This document shows positions 47,285 to 57,034 of a stretch of DNA of 64,000 nucleotides, in pieces (positions within the stretch are counted from its first letter, which is position 1; each line of letters opens with the position of its first letter). The position numbers and the translations under genes were made by a program. The notes below the pieces were generated by a model. The model was not told the origin of the DNA. It saw only the letters and a list, made by a program, of their open reading frames with translations, and did no database searches. Source of the DNA: Bacilli bacterium (lineage in GTDB: Bacteria; Bacillota_I; Bacilli_A; ML615J-28; CAG-698). The DNA lies in the NCBI GenBank assembly GCA_050174575.1, contig JBFXJT010000007.1, positions 6,648 through 70,647 of the forward strand, read 5' to 3'.

Positions 47285-48358
47285 TTAATAAGTTTTCGGT
47301 TGTTCTTCTTTGTTTAAGACTCGTAAGGCTCCTAATGCAAGTGATAACATTTCGTTTTCACCGGGATATACGAGTACTTCTCCAAGAAACTTAATTCTTT
47401 CGATTAAGTGCGTGACTAGATATGGTTCATATGCTAGTCCTCCAGTTAATACAATAAAGTCAAAATTGCCTTTGAAAACAGTCGCACATGCTCCTATTTC
47501 TTTCGCAATTTGATAAATCATGGCATCATAAATAAGCTTTGCATACTCATCATGCTGCTCAATCCGTTTTACAACCTCTTTTGCATCATTCGTTCCTAAA
47601 TAAGCTACTAACCCTCCTTTTCCATAATTCATTCGTTTGATGTCTTCAAGAGAATATTTACCAGAAAAACATAAATTATATAAAGGGCCTAAAGGAACAG
47701 TTCCGCTTCGCTCAGGAGACATTGGACCATCCCCATCTAAGGCGTCATTCACATCAATGACTCGACCTTTTTGGTGAGCAGCAACACTAATTCCTCCACC
47801 CAAATGGACAATAATCATATTCAAGTCTTCATATGATCTTCCCTTATCTTTAGCTACTTGCCGACCAATTGCTTTATGATTTAAAGCGTGAAAAATGCAT
47901 TGGCGTTCAATTATTGGCATCCCAGATATCCGAGCAATGGGAGCCATTTCATCGACAGCAACAGGATCAACGATAAAAGCCGGGATCTTGTACTGTTCGC
48001 CAATTTCAAAAGCAATTAAAGCTCCTAAGTTGGAGGCGTGTTCACCACGTCTTGCTTCTTTTAAAAAAGTTATCATTGCTTCGTTGACCAAATATGTTCC
48101 GCTTTCAAGCGGTGCAAGCATCCCTCCACGGCCACAAACGGCCGTTAATGTTTTTAAATCAAATCCATGAACTTCTAAGTTATCAAGAATTACTTTTTTC
48201 CGAAATTGGAATTGGGAAGCAACATTTGGAAAAGACTGGATGACATCGGTCGGATGACTTATCTTTACTTCAAGAATACTTTGGTCGTTTTTAAATACAG
48301 CGATTTTTGTTGATGTTGAACCAGGATTAATTATGAGAATAAAATTCTCCAAGGACAT
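47285..48358 (-). CDS. buk: Butyrate (branched-chain fatty acid) kinase.
   Basis: 357 aa. ILIINPGSTSTKIAVF N-terminus of the ASKHA acetate/butyrate kinase family. Confidence 0.9.
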   Translation of the reverse strand: MSLENFILIINPGSTSTKIAVFKNDQSILEVKISHPTDVIQSFPNVASQFQFRKKVILDNLEVHGFDLKTLTAVCGRGGMLAPLESGTYLVNEAMITFLKEARRGEHASNLGALIAFEIGEQYKIPAFIVDPVAVDEMAPIARISGMPIIERQCIFHALNHKAIGRQVAKDKGRSYEDLNMIIVHLGGGISVAAHQKGRVIDVNDALDGDGPMSPERSGTVPLGPLYNLCFSGKYSLEDIKRMNYGKGGLVAYLGTNDAKEVVKRIEQHDEYAKLIYDAMIYQIAKEIGACATVFKGNFDFIVLTGGLAYEPYLVTHLIERIKFLGEVLVYPGENEMLSLALGALRVLNKEEQPKTY

Positions 48359-48450
48359 CCCTCCTTTTTAGATTATAATAAAAGAAACCGCTTCCATAGA
48401 TATTATACTTGAAGAATGCGAAATTCTCAATGAATATTTGCAGATAATTA

Positions 48451-48480
48451 AAAAAGGATTTGTTTCCTAAATCCTTTTTT
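48451..48480. terminator. Bidirectional-looking intrinsic terminator after the amidohydrolase gene.
   Basis: AGGATTT-gtttcct-AAATCCT hairpin flanked by A6 and T7. Confidence 0.55.
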
Positions 48481-48491
48481 TAATTAATCTA

Positions 48492-49664
48492 TTAAGCTTG
48501 AAAAACAATCGCACCATTGACAAAAACATGGGTTGGTGTTGATAGATAATGAAGCGGGTGGCCCGACCAAACAACGATATCGGCATCTTTTCCAACCTCA
48601 ATACTGCCAACGCGATTGGAGATGCCAATAATCTTGGCAGCATCAATTGTGACAGCTTTGAAAGCATCTAACTCACTTAATCCATTTCGGACAAACAACC
48701 CAACCTGAGTCAAAGTGTTGGAACAATGGATAACGGGATGATCCGTCATAATCGCAAATTCGATTCCATGTTCTTTTAAAACTTGCGCCGATTTAAACGA
48801 TTTATTACGCAATTCATATTTAGACTTGGAACCTAAAGTTGGGCCAATAATAACTCTTTGATGATGTTTTTTTAAATAATCAACAATAAGATAACCTTCA
48901 GTGGCATGTTCAATGGTTGCGTTTAAACCAAATTCTTCAATAATGCGAATGGCAGTTACGATATCATCTTGTTGGTGAGCGTGGATTTTAACCATGAAGC
49001 CATCAAAAACGCGGGATAAACTTTCCCATTTTAGATTGATTTCCGGTTTTGGAACATCTTTTCCTTCCGAAATATCTTTTAAATATTTGTCTTTTTTAGC
49101 TTTATATTCTTTGGCTTTCATTAAAGCTTCACGCATAATGGCTGCTGAAGCCATTCTTGTAGTCGGACTTTGATTTTTGGAATTAAAAGCTCTTTTCGGA
49201 TTTTCTCCTAAAGCCATTTTAATAGCCGATTCAGGAACAACTACCATATCGTCAATTGTTTTCCCAAATGTTTTGATAATGCAAAAAACACCGCCAATAA
49301 CATCGGCACTACCCGGCCCCGTCGCAACAGTTGTGACGCCTGCTTCTAGAGCATCTTTAAAAGCAACATCTTGCGGCTTAATTGAATCGATTGCTCGAAG
49401 TTCGGGAAAAACAGGAGCTGTCGCTTCATTAAAATCTGCACCTTCAAATCCAATCGCTTCTTCATACAAACCTATATGGCAATGGGGATCAACAAGACCC
49501 GGAGTGACATAAGCACCCTTCACATCAATGACTTCCGCATTCGGATAATCCTTTTTTGCAATTTTCCCAACAGCTCTAATCGTGCCATTGTCTAATAATA
49601 AATCGCAAACTTCATAATTGATGTCTGCCATACTGATTAAATTAGCATTTTTTAATAAATACAT
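48492..49664 (-). CDS. Metal-dependent amidohydrolase-family protein.
   Basis: 390 aa with PGLVDPHCHIGL, the HxH metal-binding start of the amidohydrolase TIM barrel. Confidence 0.7.
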   Translation of the reverse strand: MYLLKNANLISMADINYEVCDLLLDNGTIRAVGKIAKKDYPNAEVIDVKGAYVTPGLVDPHCHIGLYEEAIGFEGADFNEATAPVFPELRAIDSIKPQDVAFKDALEAGVTTVATGPGSADVIGGVFCIIKTFGKTIDDMVVVPESAIKMALGENPKRAFNSKNQSPTTRMASAAIMREALMKAKEYKAKKDKYLKDISEGKDVPKPEINLKWESLSRVFDGFMVKIHAHQQDDIVTAIRIIEEFGLNATIEHATEGYLIVDYLKKHHQRVIIGPTLGSKSKYELRNKSFKSAQVLKEHGIEFAIMTDHPVIHCSNTLTQVGLFVRNGLSELDAFKAVTIDAAKIIGISNRVGSIEVGKDADIVVWSGHPLHYLSTPTHVFVNGAIVFQA

Positions 49665-49756
49665 AAATCCTCCTCTAAATTAAGTTAATTAAGTATACTA
49701 AAGATTGATTATAATTGCAAACTTATAAGAAAAAATGCCTATTTAAAGGCATTTAA

Positions 49757-50452
49757 TTAAATCGGACGATTTGTTAGGTCTAAGTTAATTCGTCCATCTT
49801 TTATTTCAATAATACGGTCGGCTTTTTCAGCAATCTTTCGGTCATGAGTAATAATGATAAAAGTAGTTCGGTATTTTTGGTTGATTTGGCGAAGTAGATC
49901 ATACACCTGCTCCGTCGTATCACTGTCAAGATTCCCTGTAGGCTCATCCGCTAAAATAATTTTGGGATTGTTAATTAAGCTTCTAGCAATGGCAACACGT
50001 TGTTGTTGACCACCACTAATGTTGGTTGCTAAGCTGTTTTTAACTTTATTTAACCCAACAAAATCAAGAAGTTCATTTGCACGATCAATAATTTCATCAC
50101 TAATCGGTTTTTTGGAAATGCGGAAAGGCATTAAAACATTTTCTAGCACAGTAAATTCCGGAAGCAAATAATGAAACTGAAAAATAAAACCAATGTCTTC
50201 ATTCCGTAATGTTGATAATTCCGGATTTTTCATTGTTTTTGTATTCTTCCCATTAATAATAATATCGCCATCGGTCGGACGGTCTAAAGTCCCTAAAATA
50301 TTTAATAAGGTCGACTTACCACTACCTGACTGCCCGATGATGGAATTAAATGACCCTTCTTCAAAAGCTAAATCAATTCCAAAAAGCACTTGTGTTTTTA
50401 TCTTTGAGCCATAAAATTTAGTTATGTTTTTTAGTTCCATAATCTTAGCCAT
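49757..50452 (-). CDS. ABC transporter ATP-binding protein (MacB/LolD/FtsE type).
   Basis: Walker A GQSGSGKSTLLN, signature ISGGQQQRVAIARSL, Walker B ILADEPTGNLD. Confidence 0.85.
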   Translation of the reverse strand: MAKIMELKNITKFYGSKIKTQVLFGIDLAFEEGSFNSIIGQSGSGKSTLLNILGTLDRPTDGDIIINGKNTKTMKNPELSTLRNEDIGFIFQFHYLLPEFTVLENVLMPFRISKKPISDEIIDRANELLDFVGLNKVKNSLATNISGGQQQRVAIARSLINNPKIILADEPTGNLDSDTTEQVYDLLRQINQKYRTTFIIITHDRKIAEKADRIIEIKDGRINLDLTNRPI

Positions 50453-51614
50453 TGCGAATCACCTCAATAACACTTAATTTTGACGATTTTCGAGCAGGAA
50501 TGATGGATGCTCCAAGAGCTGCTAAAACAGCGATTGCGGCGGAAACAGCGATAAACTGTCCATCAATATATAGCGGAACAACTGGCGTACCATCTGGTTT
50601 TAAAGCAAAAGTTACAAAAGAATACGATAAACCAAGTCCTAGCATAACCCCAAATATCGCTCCAAGAAGTCCTAAAATTAGCCCTTCAAACAAGAAAATG
50701 AAACTAGCATCACCATTTTGGATACCCATAGCTTTTAAAATGCCAATTTGTTTCGACTTTTGTAAAACGATGATTGCTAAAACACTGGCAATTCCTAGGA
50801 CGACGGAAATCATAACAAATACTTGAATCATCGTGCTAGAAATACTTTGTCCTTGCAATCCGCTCAATAACTCCTGATTGTTATCAATCCAATTAGTTAA
50901 TTTTAAATTGTCGGGAACACTTGGGGCAATTGCTTCTGCAATACTAACGGCATCAAAAATTCTGTCATCATCTATTTGCATTTCAATGGCATTGACTTGA
51001 TTGGGAACATTAAGCAATGTTTGCACCATGGTTAATGAAGTCATTCCCCAACCGGCATTAACTGCCGCAACTCCAAAATCAAAGAAGCCCACTACTTTAA
51101 CGTTTTGGCTGTCCACCTGAGGAATATCAACCATAATTTGCTCTTCTAAAGAGATGTTTAATAACCCTTTAAGGTCTTTCCCTAAAATAATTTCATCATC
51201 GCTTGATGGCATTCTTCCTTCAATCAGCTTTTCATTAAAACGATATATCGTATTAGGAAGAAGATAATTATTACTACTGTCAAAACCTCTTAATAATAAA
51301 GGAGCTGTATTTGTTCCGTTGATGGCAAATCCATTAATGCTAAGAGCTGGAGACACGGCTTTAATGCCATCAGCATTTTCAATATCAGCAATAATTTGAT
51401 CATATTGAGTAATATATTCCGTTACTGGTGCCGAAATGGTGATTTGGGATGAATTACCAATGGTCTTATCAACTAAACTTTTTTGTAATCCTGAAATCAA
51501 AGATCCAATAAAGACTTGAACGGAAACACCAACGGCAATACCCAGAATAATAAACAAGGTTTGTAGCTTACCGGATTTCAAAAAGCGAACTGCGATACTA
51601 AATGCTAACTTCAT
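50445..51614 (-). CDS. FtsX/MacB-type ABC permease.
   Basis: 389 aa. N-terminal TM, a large extracytoplasmic domain, three C-terminal TM helices. Overlaps the ATPase gene. Confidence 0.8.
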   Translation of the reverse strand: MKLAFSIAVRFLKSGKLQTLFIILGIAVGVSVQVFIGSLISGLQKSLVDKTIGNSSQITISAPVTEYITQYDQIIADIENADGIKAVSPALSINGFAINGTNTAPLLLRGFDSSNNYLLPNTIYRFNEKLIEGRMPSSDDEIILGKDLKGLLNISLEEQIMVDIPQVDSQNVKVVGFFDFGVAAVNAGWGMTSLTMVQTLLNVPNQVNAIEMQIDDDRIFDAVSIAEAIAPSVPDNLKLTNWIDNNQELLSGLQGQSISSTMIQVFVMISVVLGIASVLAIIVLQKSKQIGILKAMGIQNGDASFIFLFEGLILGLLGAIFGVMLGLGLSYSFVTFALKPDGTPVVPLYIDGQFIAVSAAIAVLAALGASIIPARKSSKLSVIEVIRNG

Positions 51615-52255
51615 TTGACATCTCCTTTCGCAAGTTCAAAAACACTGCTCGGAGATGATAAATAAAAATCGTGATCAACTTGCTCTAAAGCATCCTTTTG
51701 GGAAAAAGCTTGGCCCCCAACAATGATTTTCACATTAGGAAATTGTTCCCTTATGGTCTTGGTGATTTGTTTTGTGACAACTAAATTGTAATAATTGGTA
51801 ACACTTATAGCTACATAATCAGGTTGAAAAACACTTACCGCCGAAATAACGTCATGTTTTGGGGTGTTCGCACCAATATATTGGCTTTGATAACCCGCTA
51901 ATGCAAAGTAATTGGCTGCCATAATGGCTCCGATTTCATGAAATTCTTCCGATGGTGTGAAAACAACAATTTTCTTGTTGATTGCTGGTCGCTCTTGTTT
52001 TCTTTGAATAATTTGAGAATAAGTGGCTTCTAAAATAGTGCGAATAATCGATGTTCTTGTGTGCTCTTTCCAAATACACACTTTTTGGTCCGGTTCTTGG
52101 CAATGGAAGTTCCATAGCGTTGGTCCTAGAATGTTTTCATAAAGTTGCTCAATAGTAACTTTTTGATCATTCAGTAAACTAAGAACAAACATTAATGCTT
52201 GATCTTTGTCTTCTTTGTCTAAGAATGCGAGTAGTTGTTCGTAATACTGATTCAT
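51611..52255 (-). CDS. Standalone cobalamin (B12)-binding domain protein (CarH/AerR-like, no DNA-binding domain).
   Basis: 214 aa. N-terminal helical bundle, then a Rossmann segment VVFTPSEEFHEIGAIMAANYFALAGY resembling the DxHxxG...G B12-binding motif (here ExHxxG). Overlaps the permease start by 4 nt. Confidence 0.6.
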   Translation of the reverse strand: MNQYYEQLLAFLDKEDKDQALMFVLSLLNDQKVTIEQLYENILGPTLWNFHCQEPDQKVCIWKEHTRTSIIRTILEATYSQIIQRKQERPAINKKIVVFTPSEEFHEIGAIMAANYFALAGYQSQYIGANTPKHDVISAVSVFQPDYVAISVTNYYNLVVTKQITKTIREQFPNVKIIVGGQAFSQKDALEQVDHDFYLSSPSSVFELAKGDVK

Positions 52256-52270
52256 TTTTCCTCCTCTAAA

Positions 52271-53521
52271 TTAAAATGCGAAAAAGTATGATTGTAATAA
52301 ATAGTCAATATTTTCTTCAAGTGCCAAATTAAATAAATAGTTTTTGAAGGCATTTAATGATAAAGAGCCTTCTCTAAACCTTTCTAGACGCTTTTGAAAA
52401 ACAATTTTTTCATGTTCTCGGTGTTTGAAGTATCCCCAAATATGCATAATGGCATTTTCTTCATGACCTCTTTTTGGTTCTTGATTGATTGCAAAATCAA
52501 CTAAGCGATAAAAATTAAGAGGCAGGGGGTTTTGTTTATCTTTTAATAATTGACGAATTTGCAGGTAAAGTTTAGGAGACATTTCAAGCACTTTATATTT
52601 GTATTTTTCCCAAGATTTTTCTAAATCTCTCATTTTGAGATGATCGTTTAAACAATGAGTAATTTTTATTGCGGAAATATTTTTGTCTTTCACTTCTAAC
52701 ATTACATCTAAATCGTCCCGTTTGAGTTCTTTAAACCAAGCTATAAAAGTATCTGGGTTGATAATAAATGAGTGCGACCCTGCTTTTTTAATAGGATCTT
52801 GTTCAGAATAATGGATTTTTTGATTGCCATCTTGTGATTTCCATGTATATTTGCATAAGTTAATCCATTCTTGATCAGTTAAGTATTTTTTGGGTGGATT
52901 TAAAAAGTGATGAAGATTATCAAAAACAACGGGGATATTAATTTGTTCACTTATTTCTAAAACATCTTCGATATTATAACTTTTGTCATCATTTTCAATA
53001 ATCAGTCTTTGTTTTACAGACTGTGGAAGTAATAGAAAATTTTGTACAAATCGTTTTTTTGCTTCTTCTTTATTTCCGTATATTCCTCCAATGTGCAAAA
53101 CAATTTTTGAAGAACTGGCGGTTCCCAAACTGCTCAAAATTCTTTCATGATAGATTAAATCATCAAAAGCGCGATTAACCACTTCTTGACTTGGCGAATT
53201 TATCACCGTATATTGCCCTGGATGACAGGAAACGCGGATGTTGTGATTACGGATCTTTTCGCCGATTCGATTAAAATCATCTTTAAAAAGATCCCACCAT
53301 AAGAGAGAGTTGACACTGTTCGACCCAAAAGGGATTAAATCTGAACTAATCCGAAACAAATGAAGGTCATTTTTAATGTTATAGTCAATGATATTTTCGA
53401 ATGATGTCAAATTGTATTTAATTAATGTTATTAAGTTTTCTTTATTGGCATTGTTGATTCTACAAGTATGATAATCTGTATGTAAAACACCCAATGCTAA
53501 GCAAGCATATCCAATATTCAT
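52271..53521 (-). CDS. uvsE: UV DNA damage endonuclease UvsE with a C-terminal extension.
   Basis: Colinear with B. subtilis UvsE over the TIM-barrel region: FRISSDLIPFGS, NHNIRVSCHPGQYTVINSP, SKIVLHIGG. Start taken at MNIGYACL. Approx 110 extra C-terminal residues. Confidence 0.75.
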   Translation of the reverse strand: MNIGYACLALGVLHTDYHTCRINNANKENLITLIKYNLTSFENIIDYNIKNDLHLFRISSDLIPFGSNSVNSLLWWDLFKDDFNRIGEKIRNHNIRVSCHPGQYTVINSPSQEVVNRAFDDLIYHERILSSLGTASSSKIVLHIGGIYGNKEEAKKRFVQNFLLLPQSVKQRLIIENDDKSYNIEDVLEISEQINIPVVFDNLHHFLNPPKKYLTDQEWINLCKYTWKSQDGNQKIHYSEQDPIKKAGSHSFIINPDTFIAWFKELKRDDLDVMLEVKDKNISAIKITHCLNDHLKMRDLEKSWEKYKYKVLEMSPKLYLQIRQLLKDKQNPLPLNFYRLVDFAINQEPKRGHEENAIMHIWGYFKHREHEKIVFQKRLERFREGSLSLNAFKNYLFNLALEENIDYLLQSYFFAF

Positions 53522-53625
53522 ATTTTTAAAAATAAAACACCCATTTTTCAATAGATGTTTATTCCTTCCATTATTCAATTATAACATTTTTATAAAAAAG
53601 CACAAGTTTAATGCAAAATGTTCTT

Positions 53626-55254
53626 TTAAATCGTCAATTGTCGGCGGAACATTGGGATCGTGATAGTTAGATTGATTCCTAAAATGACAAGGAGTGCCAA
53701 TAATCCACCAACAGTTAAAGCTAAAAATAAGGAATAGAGAATCGGTACTAATAATAGCACATTCCAGATGATGTTCTGACTTAAAATCAGGCACCTAATA
53801 ATTTTATTTTTCATAAAGGTTTCACTTAACAAAGAAATTGTTCCCCAAAAAGCTGGAATAAAAAAGAGAAATGATGCTCCACTTAAAACAAAACCAGTCA
53901 AAAGTGCTAATAATAAATTTAAGAAAACACCTGCTAGCCCAAATGACCACTTTGTTTCTTCTTTTTTTATGGTTGAATAATAAATAAAGCCAAGACCAAC
54001 AACGATAACTAAGATGATAATTAACGTCGGTAACTCTGTATTATCCATTCGAACATAGGTTAATGACCAAGGAACTTTCCCGAAAAACGCCATTATTTTG
54101 CTGATTACAAAACCAATGAAGCCTAATACAGCAAGCAAACCAACATCAATCCCTAAATATTTGATAAAGGACAAAATCGTTATTTTCTTTTTTAAGATAA
54201 GGTATATAAATAATCCAATAAAGATAACTAATAAAATGATGTGTAGAACAACAGCAAAATTCTCTTTATATGTTACTAAAACATTAGGAAGTAATGTGAA
54301 AAAGATTTGATCTTGCTCACCAACAAAGTAATTGAGATCTTGATATTTATCATTACTTGTAAATTCATCAATCAATGGGACAATTTGTGATCCATAGTGT
54401 TGAATACTACTCAAATTAATGTTTGTATAGTTATCAAGTGGTGTGTGGTAATAGTATAAATTATCTAAGACAGCAAAATTGATACCTGTTTTGCCAATTT
54501 TCAAAAATTCCGTAAAATCCGTATAATTGGGCATGACGGAATAAACGGCAGTTGCTAAACTATATGATACGGGCAAATCGGCATGCTTATAAAAATCGAT
54601 AACTTTTTCGTTATTAGGACTAGTCTCAAACATATAGCTTGGGCCTTTGATTCCCCTTGCTTCCACATTAATCACAAAACTTATTTTATCCATGAGATTT
54701 GCATCTAATACAGCTTGTTTTGCGCCAAGTAAACCAACTTCTTCCGCATCAGTAAGCAAAAAATATAAACTTGTTTTTAAATTTTTGCCAGCATAAAGTC
54801 TTGCTATTTCTAACATTGTTCCAATGGCATAGCCATCATCTGCTGCTCCATATGAACGACCTAATTCTCCATAACGGCCAATATGGCCACGTGAATCATA
54901 ATGACCAACCAATAATAACCCTGTTTCACTTTCTCCAGGAATGGATCCAATAAGATTTTTAACAGGGTAATCTTCATTAACCGCTTCAGCAGTATAATTC
55001 ATTTCATAGACATTTGCTAATCCTAAGAGAGCTTCTAGTTCTTGTTTAAGGTATTTTCTGACTTCTTCATGTGCTTCTTCGTCAAAGACGGAATGGGGTT
55101 CCCGAGAAATCACTTCAATTGTTTGTGCAACATTGACGGCACTGAATTCTTGAACATCTCCACCGGCAATTGGTTGGGGAGTATACAAAACAAAGAAACT
55201 CAAGATTAAGCTAAATAGTAAAACTAATAAAACAACAATAAAACGATGACGCAT
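53626..55254 (-). CDS. Membrane-anchored M28-family (amino)peptidase.
   Basis: 542 aa. N-terminal TM, M28 zinc-site motifs GHYDSRGHIG ... GAADDGYAIGTMLEIARLY, then approx 6 C-terminal TM helices. Confidence 0.75.
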   Translation of the reverse strand: MRHRFIVVLLVLLFSLILSFFVLYTPQPIAGGDVQEFSAVNVAQTIEVISREPHSVFDEEAHEEVRKYLKQELEALLGLANVYEMNYTAEAVNEDYPVKNLIGSIPGESETGLLLVGHYDSRGHIGRYGELGRSYGAADDGYAIGTMLEIARLYAGKNLKTSLYFLLTDAEEVGLLGAKQAVLDANLMDKISFVINVEARGIKGPSYMFETSPNNEKVIDFYKHADLPVSYSLATAVYSVMPNYTDFTEFLKIGKTGINFAVLDNLYYYHTPLDNYTNINLSSIQHYGSQIVPLIDEFTSNDKYQDLNYFVGEQDQIFFTLLPNVLVTYKENFAVVLHIILLVIFIGLFIYLILKKKITILSFIKYLGIDVGLLAVLGFIGFVISKIMAFFGKVPWSLTYVRMDNTELPTLIIILVIVVGLGFIYYSTIKKEETKWSFGLAGVFLNLLLALLTGFVLSGASFLFFIPAFWGTISLLSETFMKNKIIRCLILSQNIIWNVLLLVPILYSLFLALTVGGLLALLVILGINLTITIPMFRRQLTI

Positions 55255-55336
55255 TTAATAACTCCTTAATTTACTTTGATAATCAAAGTATTCTGCTCAT
55301 AATAATAACATAATTAAAAATCAAAAGCAACAAAAA

Positions 55337-55366
55337 AGTAGGGAAGCTAGTTTCCCTACTTATTGT
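55337..55366 (-). terminator. Intrinsic terminator after the DUF1801 gene.
   Basis: AAGTAGGGAA-gctagtt-TCCCTACTT, followed on the minus strand by TTTTTTG. Confidence 0.55.
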
Positions 55367-55730
55367 AATGGTTATTTTCTTCATCAACCCGGTACTTAAC
55401 AATGGATTTGATTAATTCATGAGGAAGAGGTTCATTTAAAGGAAATTGAATGGAACCTTTCCCAAAATGGTATCTTTTTAACTCTTCTTTAAAATGCTCA
55501 ATCCCACTACTTCCAGGATAAAACCCAATATGATGAGGAAAAGCTGCAAAATGAACGAGGTTGTGATGCAAAAATAGTGTTGGCATCTGATAGCTGATTT
55601 TTTCATAAGCTTCTTGAGCATTTTCATGGATGATTCTTCTTAATTCTTGTAACTTTGTTTGAACTTCTTGAGGAAATTTTTCAATGTATTGATCGACTAA
55701 AAAACTATATTTTGGATGATTGGAAATCAT
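55356..55730 (-). CDS. DUF1801 (YdhG-like) domain protein.
   Basis: 124 aa. Family-typical size and conserved F..GKGSI.FPL segment. Translationally coupled to gpx (ATGA). Confidence 0.65.
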   Translation of the reverse strand: MISNHPKYSFLVDQYIEKFPQEVQTKLQELRRIIHENAQEAYEKISYQMPTLFLHHNLVHFAAFPHHIGFYPGSSGIEHFKEELKRYHFGKGSIQFPLNEPLPHELIKSIVKYRVDEENNHYNK

Positions 55731-56200
55731 AATAATTTTATTATATGGCTTTCCATTTTTTCAGGAGTATCTGTCGGTGCAAATCTTTTCACAACTTCAC
55801 CTTGGCGGTTAATAAGGAATTTTGTGAAATTCCATTTGATGCTTTCGCCAAAAAAGCCTTTTTTCTCTTTCTTTAAGAAACTATATAGCGGTGCTTCATT
55901 GGGACCGTTGACCTCAATTTTCGCAAACAATGGAAAAGTTGTGTGATATTTCAAAGTACAAAACTCATGGATTTCTTCGATTGTCCCTGGTGCTTGATTT
56001 CCAAATTGGTTACAAGGAAAATCTAAAATTTCCAACCCTTGAATTTGATATTTCTGATATAATTTTTCCAATCCTTCATATTGTGGAGTAAATCCACATC
56101 CAGTTGCTGTATTAACGATTAATAATACGTGATTTTGATACTTCGATAAACTAATTTCATTTCCCGAAGAATCTTTAACTTTTAAATCATATATTGTCAT
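55727..56200 (-). CDS. Glutathione/thiol peroxidase (GPx family).
   Basis: 157 aa with VNTATGCGFTPQY (peroxidatic Cys motif), FPCNQFG and WNFTKFLI. Confidence 0.9.
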   Translation of the reverse strand: MTIYDLKVKDSSGNEISLSKYQNHVLLIVNTATGCGFTPQYEGLEKLYQKYQIQGLEILDFPCNQFGNQAPGTIEEIHEFCTLKYHTTFPLFAKIEVNGPNEAPLYSFLKKEKKGFFGESIKWNFTKFLINRQGEVVKRFAPTDTPEKMESHIIKLL

Positions 56201-56322
56201 AATGTTCTCCTATCTTTTTTATTATATCTTATTTTAAAAATTTAAATAACAATTTGATAAATTATTTTTTTGCCATTGCTTTCTTTGTTTTAATTAGTAT
56301 AATTAACTTTGAGGAAATTGCT

Positions 56323-57015
56323 ATGATAATAAATTTTATGACTTTTAATATCCAACATTGTAAAAACTACATGACGAAAGAAATCGATATTGACATCATG
56401 GTGAAAACCATTAAAGACTGCCATGGTGACATAATTGGACTAAACGAAGTTTTTGGAGCATCAGAAACAGAACCATCACAAGCCGAAATGATTGCAAAAG
56501 CCCTTGGTTATCATTATTATTTTGGGCAAGCTATCTTATACCATGGCAGGCCGTATGGCAACGCCATTATTTCAAAATATCCCATCACCAAAGTCGAAAC
56601 AATCATGATTCCCGATCCAATTAAAAATGATATTGAATTTTTTGAATCACGTTGTTTTATAAAAGCTCTTTTCCATAGTTTAAATTTTACTCTATTTACA
56701 AGTCATTTCGGACTTGCAAAGGGTGAAAAAATTAATGCCGTGAATACATTATTATTACTAATGAAAAATGAAACTAATCCTCTTGTTTTTATGGGAGATT
56801 TAAATATGGAACCAAATGATGCCATATTACAACCTCTATTTTCACATTTAGTAAATACTTTACCGAGCAATGAACCAACTTTTCCTTCTATAAATCCAAA
56901 TAAAAAGATTGATTATATTTTTGTTTCCAAAGAAATAGATGTATTAAAGGCCACGATCCCCAACATTGTTGCTTCCGATCATTTTCCTCTTTTAGCAATG
57001 TTAAAGATAAAATAA
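56323..57015 (+). CDS. Endonuclease/exonuclease/phosphatase (EEP) family protein.
   Basis: Start at the ATG after GAGGAA. MTFNIQHC ... GDLNMEPND ... SDHFPL are EEP catalytic blocks. Confidence 0.75.
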   Translation: MIINFMTFNIQHCKNYMTKEIDIDIMVKTIKDCHGDIIGLNEVFGASETEPSQAEMIAKALGYHYYFGQAILYHGRPYGNAIISKYPITKVETIMIPDPIKNDIEFFESRCFIKALFHSLNFTLFTSHFGLAKGEKINAVNTLLLLMKNETNPLVFMGDLNMEPNDAILQPLFSHLVNTLPSNEPTFPSINPNKKIDYIFVSKEIDVLKATIPNIVASDHFPLLAMLKIK

Positions 57016-57016
57016 T

Positions 57017-57034
57017 CCCTATAAGGGATTATTT
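57017..57034. terminator. Bidirectional hairpin between convergent genes.
   Basis: ATCCCT-ATAA-GGGAT followed by a T-rich tract. Confidence 0.5.

Noticed and set aside
53579-53794. 71-aa ORF overlapping the 3' end of the M28 peptidase gene
   Set aside because: It overlaps the peptidase C-terminal coding region in another frame. No support.
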